The notes beneath the pieces were generated by a model. That model searched no databases, was not told where the DNA came from, and worked only from the letters and a program-made list of their open reading frames with translations. Shown piece by piece: positions 1-13,190 of a DNA stretch of 64,000 bases. Each line of letters begins with the position of its first letter. Within the stretch, counting starts at the first letter, position 1. The DNA comes from Octopus bimaculoides. Its lineage: Eukaryota. The stretch is from assembly GCF_001194135.2 (NCBI RefSeq), contig NC_068988.1, positions 26,003,094-26,067,093 of the forward strand, given 5' to 3'. A program made the position numbers and the translations under genes.

Positions 1-118
1 TTACAACTACTGATCCTTTACACATATAAATATAGATAAATGTTCATTTATGCACGTACATATATATCGATATCTATACATATGTAGCTATCTATCTTTC
101 CATTGTATCTATCACTTG

Positions 119-193
<75 letters not shown>

Positions 194-1359
194 CGCGCGT
201 GTTTGTAAGAGAGAGAGAGAGAGAATGTATGTGTAAGTGTGCCTGTGTCTAAATATGATGTATTATTGAGAGATATGTACACATGTGCATACATATTTGC
301 TTATATGCGTCAATACGTGTATGAATGTGTGAATGTGAGTGCTTGTGTACGAAGGAATCGCAGATACCTAGAAAGGGAAAGGAAGTGAGAGAACACAGAA
401 AACTGTTTCTCGGTTAGTCAGTGCTTCGTTTATCGCATTTATATTCGGTCAGCAATTGATACCCACAACAGAGTAACACAATATGATAAGTTACCTTCTT
501 TTTGCTATAATATTTTGTTTTGCAGTTGTGTAAATTAACACCGCATAAATTCCTATGTATGCGGCATAGCTCCTAACACCTGTTTACATCAGAATTCTCT
601 GTGGCAATTCGTTATCAAAACGTTAACATACTTGTGCGTGTGTATTTGAACGAAGAGATAACATGAAGGAGGTTAATGCCCTGCTGGTTTCATATTTTGG
701 AATTTTACATAGATTATACTTCACAATGTTGCATTAGTGAAATGATTTCATAACCTTGCCGTAAATACATGGATTATATTTCTCACTCCTTTGTATGTAC
801 CGTGAAAGATACTCGGCTTCCCCAGTAGAGCAATTACTATATGTCTCGGGAAGTAAAACGGCATTAAAATACAGCACTCCATTTATATTCGTTGAGAGGA
901 AATTGATTCTGTGTCAATTTACCTTCAGATCACGTATTTTACATTACCTCCTATTTATTGAATCTCAAGATGCAGGGTAATTATGAATAGTTATTGAAAC
1001 GATGCCAGTCTTATTGACAACTTAATTGTATAGATCTATTTCAGAAGTGACCGTTGGATTTAACGTTTACCCAAGTAATTAAAGCAAACCAAGATACAAT
1101 GATTTGACTTTCTTTGGCTGGGAAATGGAACTATCTACACACAACGATTTCTCTTGAATTCAAAAATCTATTCAATTTATAGATTAAAAAATATATTATT
1201 TGGATAGAACCGTCATCTGTTATCAGGGAGGTGTGTGAAAATAATTCACAATATTGGCAAAAAGTTCGATTTATTGTAAAAGGAACGATTTTTCACATAC
1301 GTTTCAGTTTTGAGAAAAATTTACGAATCCAGTACCAAGAACCAATGTGGTAATTTTAG

Positions 1360-2200
1360 GTAAGTTTCTTTATTGCTTGTTATGGGGAAAGTTTTACCAC
1401 GTTGTGTTTTTAAAAGAGCGTAATAGGCTTATAGAGCATAGTGCTGTATCAGAGTCAAAATGCAGTTTTTGTGCAGTTACGGGTACTGGTGATATGGTCG
1501 TTACATTCAGACAACTGCAAGAAAAATGTCTCAAACAGAACTCCTACCATTGTTTTGACGATCTCAGTAAAACATTCGACACTGTTGATAGGAATGTGTA
1601 ATGACTGTTTTTGTCTCAGTTTGATGCACTCAACAATGGTGTGAACGTATTGAAAGCTCTTGATAAAGGCATGGAAGCTAGATAAGAAGTCAGGAGCCCA
1701 CTCTTTTTGCAGTGGAGATTGTTGTGATTCAAGGAGACTTTCATATACCTACACGATTTGCAAAATATATTACTGTCATGCTCTATCATGCTCTCCGAGA
1801 CAGAAATAAGGGAATATATGTAAGAGATCGTACAACATGAAGTGTCTCTAATGTACCAAGGAGGAAATTTAAGACCAAAGTATGCACCTTAGTAATAAGA
1901 GACCAACTGTGAGATGATATCTGTGAAAGTGTTAGTTATTTGGAGCACGGATTACAATCATAGATTTCTTAATTTTATTTTGTAACATCTTTGGTTTGAC
2001 TATAAATTTAATGAAAAGATTGGTTTTACCTCAAGTTCAAGCTGTGCAGTAAACTGAAATAAATGTGAAAGACAACCTTCTTAAAGCTGTTGAATCCATC
2101 ATATACCTAGATATTACAGTGACTATAGTTGAAACATTAAAGCTATGTCTTACATGTTTTATTGTTGCATATACGTATATGCCGCGGCTAACTGGATTTC
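1360..2200 (+). mobile_element. Degraded RTE-clade LINE reverse transcriptase fragment
   Basis: Translation NRLIEHSAVSESKCSF...GDMVVTFRQLQEKCLKQN...DDLSKTFDTVDR matches the RTE RT motif (ESQCGFR..RGT.DMIF..RQLQEKC.EQ...DLTKAFDTV). Further on, LKAVESIIYLDITV resembles the RTE FTYLGS block. Frameshifts and stops are present. Confidence 0.75.
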
Positions 2201-2683
2201 GCACACATGAGCATGATACACACATATACAATATCACATATGTTTTTACGAAATTCATTCTCATAACCTACATTTACAAATGTGTACGCAAAGAAACTTC
2301 TCCAGTTTTGAGACAACCACTCCTAGGTAAAGAAACAGTGATAAGAATAATATCAAGTTATAAAAATAACAAAATTTCAAAANNNNNNNNNNAGGTAAAG
2401 AAACAGTGATAAGAATAATATCAAGTTATAAAAATAACAAAATTTCAAAAAAAAAAAAAATGAAATTATTTTAAGAAACATCGGGTAAAAATTATTAAAG
2501 TACACGTTTAGATATGCAAGGAAAAACAAAATGAAGGATAAAGGAGACGGCAAAAAAACGATTATCGATATAAGCGTGAGGAAGATGGGGAACATTGACA
2601 AATAAATAATTCTGTTCCAGTATATATATGAGTATGAATATAAGAATGTGTGCATATATGTATATATGTACACGAAAAAGCAT

Positions 2684-2720
<37 letters not shown>

Positions 2721-3028
2721 GAGAGAGAGAGAGAGAGACAGAGAGACAGAGATAGAGAGACAGAGAGAGAGAGAGAGAGAATGAAGAAATGGGATTAAAA
2801 ATCCTGGCAGATATCAGTAAATATATGTAGAATACAAATCTCCTGTAAATTTTCAGGTATGGCAGGTAAATCCAAGAATCCTGAAGCAGAATTTAAGAAA
2901 TTCAGTGTATTAACAACAATCAATAATATATAGGAAGAACATCATAAGTTTATTTTAGATGACACCTTCAAAATCCAGCAATTGTTTCAGTTAACATATA
3001 CATACACACACGAACACACACACACTAG

Positions 3029-3070
<42 letters not shown>

Positions 3071-3108
3071 CACGCACACACACGCACACACACACACACA
3101 TATATATA

Positions 3109-3257
3109 CAGGGTTATTCAAAACGAATGAACCGATTTTATTACGCAATATTTTAGTAAGGAAAAGCAATAGAAAACTCCTGCTAAGTCTCACGTGTTTG
3201 CTCATAATCAACTTTTATTTCCTGTGTTACAAGTGTTCAATGTGGCCACCACATTGA
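3109..3257 (-). mobile_element. 3' end of a Tc1/mariner-superfamily DNA transposon
   Basis: TA|CAGGGTTATTCAAAA terminus follows a (TA)n run. The minus strand reads QCGGHIEHL*, a typical transposase C-terminus (GGHFEH). Confidence 0.65.
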
Positions 3258-3425
3258 AATTTGGGGGGAAGGGGCTGGTGGATTAGATCGACCCCAGTAC
3301 ACAACTAGTACTTAATTCATCGACCCCAAATGGATGACAGGCAAAGTCGACGTCACTGGAATTTGAACTCAGAACGTTGCGGCAGACGAAATACCGCTAA
3401 GCATTTCGCCCGGTGTGCTAACGAT
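3256..3425 (-). mobile_element. tRNA-derived SINE, family A (5'-truncated)
   Basis: Aligns by eye with 3429-3639 and 30763-30945 (GTCGAC..GCCT.TCATCC.TT.GGGGTCGAT body; B-box GAGTTCAAATTCC on minus). Confidence 0.85.
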
Positions 3426-3428
3426 TAT

Positions 3429-3639
3429 TTTCTACTCTATGACAAGGCCCGAAATTTTTAGGGAGGGGACTCGTAGATTACATCGACCCCAGTACGGAAC
3501 TGGTACTTAATTTCTCGTCTCCGAAAGGATAAAAGGCAAAGTCGACCTCGGCGGCTTTTGAACTCAGATAGTAAAGACAGACAAAATACCGCTAAGCATT
3601 TCGCCCGGCGTGCTAACGTTTCTGCCAGCTCGCCGACTT
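3429..3639 (-). mobile_element. tRNA-derived SINE, family A (near complete)
   Basis: The reverse complement starts AAGTCGGCGAGCTGGCAGAAACGTTAGCAC, identical to the start of 30763-30945. Confidence 0.9.
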
Positions 3640-4869
3640 ATTTATCTACTAATAATGATGACATCACTGAATATCTAAAGAACAAAAACTGCAGACACGA
3701 TTATACGTTATGCTTAATGGATAACTAAACAATAAAAACTGCAGATAATAATACTACGTAACGCTTAATAGAAACCAGTATACTTTACGTCGCAATAATT
3801 AATTACAATAATGCCTTCTCTAGGAATTAACATTAATATTTGATAATTGAAATAATATTGTAATTAATAATAATATATACAATTATTGATAACTACGGAA
3901 GATACCTAAATAATAAAGATAACGGATAAGATAATCAAATACCTATATATATATATATATATATATATATGTTTATATGTATGCATTTATGTATACCCCT
4001 TTATATGAATTAAGATTATGTTATAATAATAGAACATTTACTATAATTAAGGGATGGGTAACAGTAGAAATTCTTATAAGTATCAGGGCAATTTACAAGT
4101 AATAAGTTCATGTGTAATACTTGATGCCCTTTAAGAAATCAGTGTTTAAAGAATATTGTATATCATTGTGAAGTAACAACTAGACATCGTAAATATTGGT
4201 ATACTTGTTCTTCTGTTACTAACTGAAAATGTTGATGTTATAATCATTCTAAATCCTTTAGATATAAAAGAAAATGTAATTCCACTAATCTTAGTAAGTA
4301 CATTAAGAATTTAAAGGATAAGGAAATTAAATATGATTTAAAGTTCAATTTCTAGTTATGCACCATCGTACAATATTGGAAATTCTACTTCTGAACTTTG
4401 CCTCGAAAAATTGCATTTCATAATTACTTCTAAATTAATTTTATTGAACTTTAATGGGTATTTAAGTTTAAGATGTGAAGATGATCTTTAGAAGGATATT
4501 TGGATTATTAATTATAATAATCTTTTAATAAATTATTTATTATATAATATGTTTAATTTTTATTAAAGTGCTTAATGTAGTAATTTATTATAGCGATATA
4601 AATTATAGAAGTTTCGATTGAGTATAATCTAGAAATCTTATCTATAATTTTTATTCTCTAATTATCCACTGAAATCATTAAGATTTGTATTTATTATTAA
4701 CTGTAGTAAATTTTCTATTATTACCAAACAATCGTAATTCATAGAAAAGGATTTAATATAAGCATCAAAAGGTATTTGATTATTTTATCTGTTATATTTA
4801 TTCTTTAGTTATCCAGCGCAGGCATCAGTAATTGTATCTTTTATCTTTTATTTTTCATGGATCTCAGGC

Positions 4870-5563
4870 AGAGCTTGACGCCATTCTGGTACACTGCCTT
4901 TACTGCATCCGAGGATTTTTCCAGTATTGCTTCTGGTGAAGTAGCGAGTTGGACGTTGCCGCTCTTCATTGTGCCTCCTGCCTCGATATGGATTCATCCG
5001 GTATTGCAGATAAAACAAAAAAACTGTCTAAACGGTTTTTGAAGACTTCCATGTCTACACGTTCCATGTCTACACCTTCCATGTCTACACCTTCCATGTC
5101 TACACCTTCCANNNNNNNNNNTGTCTACACCTTCCATGTCTACACCTTCCATGTCTACACCTTCCATGTCTTCACTGATGTTCTTTGGTAGGGCATTGAA
5201 AAGTTGTGGTCCTTCAATTCCAAGCTATTGCAATATTGGGTTCGTGCCGTCGATGGAGAAGATGGGACCTTTGGTACTGTGCAGTGCTATACAGAATTTG
5301 CACCGTTGCCATGTGGATACCTATGTCATGCACTGACTCTAACTCTGGGACTACCTTGTATGTAGGTGCCGTGTTCTTTAGCTGAAGATTGTTTGTGGGC
5401 TGATAGCAGGAGTGCTTGAATTCTTGCGCATTTGAACTGCCCATTATTCTCTTCAGCCCATTTATATATTGCGTTCAGGTCAATCTGCAGTCTTAGGATA
5501 TCAGTAGTGTCTGAGACCGCCTGTGATACTTTTGCATCATTGGCGTAGTTGGAGAGTGTGACT
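4870..5563 (-). mobile_element. CR1-like LINE 3' fragment with internal deletion
   Basis: Minus strand VTLSNYANDAKVSQ...LQIDLNAIYKWAEENN (YADD region). It then jumps to GPQLFNALPKNI...VFKNRLD...IPDES...RAATSNSLLHQ (ORF2 C-terminus). Confidence 0.8.
5047..5170. repeat. 15-bp minisatellite (TTCCATGTCTACACC)n inside the LINE
   Basis: About 4 units before and 3 or more after a 10-N gap. Confidence 0.95.
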
Positions 5564-6164
5564 GACTTATGAATTACAACAATTTTTCAACTATTATATA
5601 ATAATGTTAACTGTATATAAGTGTTTAATATGAGGAATAAATAGATAGTTCATTGTCTTTTCTATAAGTGAGATCATCTGTGGTTATATATGTAGGTGAA
5701 TATAATAATTCTACAGTTATTATAAAATACGGTTAATTCCCATTGAAGGGTTTATTATATTAAATAAATAAATAAATAAATAAATAGTTTATTTAATAGA
5801 AATACTAGTTTCTATTAAACATTACGTAGAAAAAGCATCTGTAGATGTTATTCCTTAGCTATCTGTTAGGCATAACTTTGAATTTTGTCTCCAGTGTTTG
5901 TTCATTAGAAATTCGGTGACGTCATCAATTTTCGTAGATAAATATAATCGCTTTCTATGTAAGGGCTTTTAAAAATTCTATTAGATTTTTTTGTTTTGCG
6001 TAGATTTAAAATTAAATATTTCGTTATATCAATGATTCATAGGGAGATATAATAACTGTAATTTTGGTATTGTTTGTGACAATATTCGTTTTAATTTCAA
6101 ACTAAAATTGTGTAACAAAACAATCCGTAGTCTTTTTTAACAGTTTGTGACTATGATTTATTGT

Positions 6165-6467
6165 TTGTTTGTTTGATTCTTCTCGAGCCATGACTGATAA
6201 GGGCTGGTTTCCCAGTTTCATGGGTGTATAGGTTCCACACTTGGACAAGATACTAGTTCGTTGCAGGTGAGCTGCTTGATGCAGGAGGAAAGAGCGAGAG
6301 AAAGTTGTGGTGAAAGATTCAGCAGAAGTTCGCCATTACCTTCTACCGGAGCCGCGTGAAGCTTAGATGTTTCGCTCATAAGCACATCATCGCCCGGTCT
6401 GAGTTTCGAACCCGCGATCCCCCGGCCGCGAGCCCACTGCACGAACCACTAGGCCATGTGCCTCCAC
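6165..6467 (-). mobile_element. tRNA-derived SINE, family D (family-C head and body, different tail)
   Basis: Reverse complement GTGGAGGCACATGGCCTAGTGG (A box)...GGGTTCGAAACTC (B box). The body CTTTCACCACAACTTTCTCTC is shared with 47099-48140. Confidence 0.85.
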
Positions 6468-6719
6468 TGTGACTTTATGACTGAGAGATAATTGTATTTT
6501 CTCTAAAGATATTCTTTTGTAAATAACGGACTGATAATTTTATACTAATCAGAATATTTTAAAGACATACGAGTACGTTAACATATAAAAGAATGTATCG
6601 TTGAGTGGTTGGAAAATTCGGTATCGTCGTTAATAGCTTATCCAGTGATTTTTTTTTTCGATGTTTCAGTTGAGGTCACAGATTTCTTTATAAAGGTAAT
6701 TTAACAATTGCGGATCTCT

Positions 6720-7035
<316 letters not shown>

Positions 7036-7074
7036 AGGTTTTTAACCGAAGTTATGTTACTGGTGAGCATTCAC

Positions 7075-7520
7075 TGTAACACTACAGTTTCTTCAATGAG
7101 ATCAAATGAGTTTGGAGAACAAAGACGAGAGCAGTAATACTATCTGCTCAAAACCGAGGTTTTCCGAAGAGTCAGCATAACCATCGGCTCTCTTCACAGG
7201 AAGGTTCATAGGATACATCCTATAAGATGTCCTCATTCAGAGGATAATATTTTGATGTTGTTGATAAACAACACCTCATTAGGCATGATTAATTCTTAGT
7301 ACCGTATTTCACTAGGGCTCTCAATCATTGTGTTATCTGGTCTCAAATAATGTGATTTGTGTGTATTTATTCCGTAATGAGGAACCCGAAATATCGCTAC
7401 ATTAAATTTCATATTGTCTGTATCTGTCCTTTGATAAATGGGGTTCAGCTTACTATGAAGTGTGACGATAGGTTCTAGAGTTTGAATAGCTGTCGATATA
7501 CTTAAGCCACCAAAATAACT
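7075..7520 (-). mobile_element. Old CR1-like LINE fragment
   Basis: DNMKFNVAIFRVPHYG...YLRPDNTMIES, then VMLTLRKT and YYCSRLCSP, match the post-RT region (NNMKFN..KF.VLHYG; MLTLWK.LV; DYCSQLWSP). Confidence 0.65.
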
Positions 7521-8026
7521 CATTACCAGAATAACTGGTCAAGTGAACTACAGAGTGTATGCCGGAAAGACGAATACTAACAATCATTTTAATACTGAAT
7601 AATTAAATAAGTATTTTTAGACTATTCATGCGTTGAACTGATAGAATCATTTTATGTCAGTTCAAATTAATTATGTTGTTTTGCAGAAGAATTTAACATT
7701 CTCAATTGAAAACTCACGTCCTATTTCATTGGATTCAACTTCATAAAATATAGGCCAAGTTCAGAAGTTTGTTTGATTCTATGGACTGTTTTTTTTTTAT
7801 ATTAATAAATATATAAAAGTGTTCCCTTATCGATCGATATTCTGATCACCGACATATCAAGCATTTGACAATATTTATCTGCACTACTACTTAGACAAAT
7901 ATATCGTGGTTATTGTAGTATTAGTAGTACTGTTGAGGATGTCTGTGATAGTCATAGTTGCAACAGTAGAAGCAACAGTAATTCAATATATATATACGTA
8001 CATACATACTTACATACATACACATC

Positions 8027-8066
<40 letters not shown>

Positions 8067-9278
8067 TCACACACACATACTCAGGCACATGCACGCTCAC
8101 ACATATATATGTGCACAAAAATATACAAAGATATAAAAAGCTAATGTATTAATGTAGAGATACGTAATGATGTAGCTAAATGTAGGAAAAAAAAGAGAAA
8201 TGATATTAGGATTTAATAAATCCGCCTGTTTACAAAGCTTTAAATAGCTATGATATGAAGAAAAGAGAACAAGATTTTAATTATTAAAATATTTTTTTCA
8301 AAATATTTCCAGCAAGATTTATCAAATATATAGTTTTTCTAAGTGTATTTGTAACACATAATACGCACCTTACATACGAATAGTTGCATATATGCATAAA
8401 TCCATACTTACGAATACACACAGACAGACACATGCACCCACGTACACTCACTCGCACACAAACGCACGCACGCACGTAAACACACACACATATACATAAA
8501 TAAATGGAAGCATTAGTTTGAGTGTTTGAGTGTGTTTGACGTATTCACGTATGGAGATGCACACATATATTAACCACATCAGCCAAATATCATATAGGTG
8601 TATGTATGTATTTACTTTCAGTTGGATGGACACATGATTATATTACAGTGATATATCATTTAAAGACGTAAGAGGTTTAGCTGACTTCGTGGCGATAGCT
8701 AGCGTCACGTAATGACTTGTAAATAATTGTACTTGTGATGGGACATGTGAATAACAGAAAATAAAAATGCAGTTCTGGAATGAATGTGTTTCCGTTTTCA
8801 GAACTGAAGTCAAATTGCACTGGAAACGATATTTTACCTTATCTCATTTGAGAGCGTAAAAGTAAATCTGGTGATATATGCAACTTGATTAAATAAGCCA
8901 TATCTCTTTTCTTTGGAATTCTCTAGTCTTGTAAGATATCTGTTTTGGATATACATTATTACATTATTGATTACAAATAAAGTAGAATTAAATGGAAATA
9001 TAAAATGAGAATGCGCAGATTGTTTATACATAGCAGGGATGTGTAAATTTCAACTCTATGTCGTTAAATAAGCAAAAAGAGTACAGCGCATGTTGCACAA
9101 AATTTACATGAAATACATTTTACACAAATTCAAAATGAAGTTTAAACTCTGCTCCTCTTGAAATAACAATTTAAAGTTAGGGCGCTATAGGTATATTTCT
9201 GGACAGTTTTATATTTGTAAGAGCAACGTTCAAAGTTTAAAAAAATATAATAATAATAATAATTAGAGGATATATATT

Positions 9279-9460
9279 TTCTACTATGAGCACAAGGCAT
9301 GAAATCCTGGATGAAATTGGTTAGACGATTACATCAAACCTAGTATTCAACTGGTACGTATTTTATCGACCCTGATAGGTTGAAAGTCAAAGTTCACCTC
9401 ATCCCAGGCGAACGAAATGCTGCTCATAATTTTTCCCAGCGTGCTAACAGTTCTGCCTCT
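9279..9460 (-). mobile_element. SINE family A, degraded
   Basis: ACTGGTAC.TATTTTATCGACCC and GCGTGCTAACAGTTCTGCC blocks. Confidence 0.75.
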
Positions 9461-9761
9461 TGGATGAACATAATGTCGATCCCAAAAGCTCTTACATTTT
9501 ACATTGCTTATCTGTGCACTATGATAGGGTGTGTTTATATTTTTTTATTTACATTTAACTTCCTTGATTTCGTTATGATTAATGTATCCGTTGATTATCT
9601 TCCTTCACTCCAGCTTCTCGTTATTTAGTTTTATAAGACTTGGCTGAGGATAAAGGAACGACTTATTCTCTCGAGCACATAGAAAAAAGTATTCTCTTAT
9701 GCCTACAACGCAGCCGACACACGAACTGACAACACACACACCTTACGTACGTGTTTGATTT

Positions 9762-9799
<38 letters not shown>

Positions 9800-9855
9800 T
9801 GTATGTATGCATGTGTATATATGTGTGCGTAGGTGTGTATGTCTATGTGTGTGCA

Positions 9856-9896
<41 letters not shown>

Positions 9897-10439
9897 CATG
9901 AAGGGCTTAGTTCACTGGTGATCTAAACGAATAGATACGCTGCGTAAATGCTATAATTGGTTATCCGTCACGTTCTAAGTTCACACCTGCGATTGGATCC
10001 GTAGTAGTCTTCCGATATACATATATATGAGTGTGTGCGTGTGTGTGTGCATGTGTGTGTGTATGTATGCGTGTGTATCTTTGTTCGGTTGTGCTTGTGT
10101 GCCACTTTGTGTGTGCGTGTATGTATACATACAGTTTAGATCTCATTACCCATTATCTAAATCTGGATATACCGATCTTCATACATACTTCAAAATGTAT
10201 CGTATTCGATTTGAAAGCGGAGACCCTGACTTTCATCCTTACTTTCATGTTGGGTTTTGAACTGATAAGGCTTTCTCCTATATATATATGCATAAATGTA
10301 ATGCTTTCCCCAAAAAAACTGTTCTTGATAATCGAAGCTCCGATGAAGCTGTAAGTTGTTACTCAAGGAGACAACTATGCATTTTATAGCAGAAATAACT
10401 GTAAGCAAATGAAATTCATAAAATAACCATTATTCCTTG

Positions 10440-10595
10440 TCAATTTATTTTCTCATATTTCTCTGTTCCTTTCTGACAAAGAGTGCAGGCTCGAAACGAA
10501 AAAGTCTTTCTCACTTCTCGATCGTTAAACTAATACATCTGATTGTTGTTTACACACCCGACGTCGTCCTTTGTTTTATGTAAATTCTAACTATA
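10440..10595 (+). mobile_element. Penelope-like element terminal segment (family P1)
   Basis: Shares TTCCTTTCTG..AAGAG.G.AGGCTCGAAACG...CTAATACATCTG.TTGTT with 50530-50750 and 56435-56575. It ends in a TA run and gap. Confidence 0.7.
10469..10504 (+). ncRNA. Degenerate minimal type-I hammerhead motif
   Basis: CTTT-CTGACAA-A-GAGT gcag GCTC-GAAAC-GAA-AAAG. G8>A and U16.1>A changes mean it is probably inactive. Confidence 0.5.
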
Positions 10596-11584
10596 NNNNN
10601 NNNNNNNNNNNNNNNNNNNNNNNNNNNNNNNNNNNNNNNNNNNNNNNNNNNNNNNNNNNNNNNNNNNNNNNNNNNNNNNNNNNNNNNNNNNNNNNNNNNN
10701 NNNNNNNNNNNNNNNNNNNNNNNNNNNNNNNNNNNNNNNNNNNNNNNNNNNNNNNNNNNNNNNNNNNNNNNNNNNNNNNNNNNNNNNNNNNNNNNNNNNN
10801 NNNNNNNNNNNNNNNNNNNNNNNNNNNNNNNNNNNNNNNNNNNNNNNNNNNNNNNNNNNNNNNNNNNNNNNNNNNNNNNNNNNNNNNNNNNNNNNNNNNN
10901 NNNNNNNNNNNNNNNNNNNNNNNNNNNNNNNNNNNNNNNNNNNNNNNNNNNNNNNNNNNNNNNNNNNNNNNNNNNNNNNNNNNNNNNNNNNNNNNNNNNN
11001 NNNNNNNNNNNNNNNNNNNNNNNNNNNNNNNNNNNNNNNNNNNNNNNNNNNNNNNNNNNNNNNNNNNNNNNNNNNNNNNNNNNNNNNNNNNNNNNNNNNN
11101 NNNNNNNNNNNNNNNNNNNNNNNNNNNNNNNNNNNNNNNNNNNNNNNNNNNNNNNNNNNNNNNNNNNNNNNNNNNNNNNNNNNNNNNNNNNNNNNNNNNN
11201 NNNNNNNNNNNNNNNNNNNNNNNNNNNNNNNNNNNNNNNNNNNNNNNNNNNNNNNNNNNNNNNNNNNNNNNNNNNNNNNNNNNNNNNNNNNNNNNNNNNN
11301 NNNNNNNNNNNNNNNNNNNNNNNNNNNNNNNNNNNNNNNNNNNNNNNNNNNNNNNNNNNNNNNNNNNNNNNNNNNNNNNNNNNNNNNNNNNNNNNNNNNN
11401 NNNNNNNNNNNNNNNNNNNNNNNNNNNNNNNNNNNNNNNNNNNNNNNNNNNNNNNNNNNNNNNNNNNNNNNNNNNNNNNNNNNNNNNNNNNNNNNNNNNN
11501 NNNNNNNNNNNNNNNNNNNNNNNNNNNNNNNNNNNNNNNNNNNNNNNNNNNNNNNNNNNNNNNNNNNNNNNNNNNNNNNNNNNN

Positions 11585-11615
<31 letters not shown>

Positions 11616-12879
11616 CGTGTGTGTGTACGTATGTTTTCGTGTACACGTGTGTACTATGTGCGTGTCAGTGTGCACACACTCTAGGGTTCGTAATGACAAA
11701 ACATACCATTAGAGCAAACAGAAACGAAAAATGTAATTAACGCTGCCAAGGCGGAATAAAACATTTACATTTCTGTTTAACCGAATTTGATTGATTATTT
11801 GTGTTATTCATTAGATAATTTTCTTTGGGAATTGTGTGTTATTTTCTTTTCAATACTTGAGATGTGCTTTAAATATTCAGTGTTTATGTGTACACAGCGA
11901 AATTTTCGTCTAGCTAAAATATTTACGACAATCATCCCAAGCGACTTATCACAATTTACTATTAGCTTTCTTTACACCAACTTTGAGGAGATAAGCTTTC
12001 GAGAAGAGAAATATGATGGCTATATTATAAGAATGTAAAATTGTTTACAGGGATATATTTTGAGATATCTATAATTTTATGATAATATACGTATATTATG
12101 TCAACATAGTTATCTTCTTCTCTTACGATGAAGTCGAAATTCTAATGTCTGCATGAAAGTTGTTCAGAAAGACAAATATTGTTGCCTTTTACAACCGGCA
12201 CTACCCAATTATCTGTTTATGTAAGCCTCTGGGTTTTATTTGATGTGCATTGCACTATCATATCCGTGACAAGTTCAAATAATCCAGAACTGTGAGGTTC
12301 GTAAAAAAACCCCAAAAAACGGTCGTTCAGAAATTCTAAAAGCTTCAATAACTATTTGCAGCATACGCCTAGTAAATGACGCTTATTATTATGTTTGATG
12401 CAGCACGAATACTTATCAAACACCCAGTGTATCTAAATGAAATAGCACTCCTATGTACAGAGCAATTTCAGCGTGTTTTATTGTTCAAAAATCTTGTATT
12501 TATGCTGTGAAATTTCAAAGACACAGCACAGAATCTCTGCTGAGAAATATAACTATGTCAGTACTGATTTTGTAAAGCAAGTGATAAAGCACTCACGAAT
12601 GTAATTACGATTTTCTTGTTGCAAATTACATAAGCATTAAATATATTTAAGGGACTTATTTCCGTATGTGTGTGATATTTTGGATTTGTTCTGATTATAG
12701 GGAACAAAGTTGTACGATGTAACTATAGTTTGTATTTGTTAATTTAGAGCAGTTTCGTGAGTGCCAGTGGTTGCATAATTGTTTTATGTATTGATGTAGG
12801 TTTTCTAAATGAAGTGCAGATATTGTTTTAGTTGTAATAAAACTATACATGTTTTTTGCTTTGCTTTGGTATTTATACA

Positions 12880-13190
12880 TTGGAATATGCGTTTCGTTTG
12901 TTTGTAACATTCTGTTCTAGATAGCTGCAGAGCATTCTCGTCTTAAATTTCAGATTATTTGAGTGTTTTTCATTGATAATTGGTCTCCTTATCTTTGAAA
13001 TTGGAAATCTCAGTTTACTGAACGATATTTTCCCGTTAGGTATATTATTAAGCGCTTTTGCGTTAAATGATCCCTTTACATCAGCGAGTATCTGAAGATG
13101 AGGTAGTTTATTGGGTCTTTCTCTATATTTAATAAAATCACCGAAATTACAGTATACAGAATAGGTGAAGACAGAAGCTCGCGGCACTTC
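12880..13190 (-). mobile_element. hAT transposase C-terminal (dimerisation) remnant
   Basis: KLPHLQILA...ISFSKLRFPISKIRRPIINEKHSNNL resembles P.L..LA...E..FS.MK..KSK.RS.LTDEHL. Confidence 0.4.

Noticed and set aside
2325-2450. ~58-bp direct repeat
   Set aside because: The copies flank a 10-N gap exactly; this is a contig-overlap assembly artefact.
9636-9700. CTGAGGA...TCGAGCAC, possible third hammerhead type
   Set aside because: Stem II pairs poorly and GAAAC is absent; cannot be supported without a family consensus.
10571-11740. ORFs of 250-390 aa here and at 31.4-34.4 kb and 56.7-57.3 kb
   Set aside because: They are runs of N read as X.
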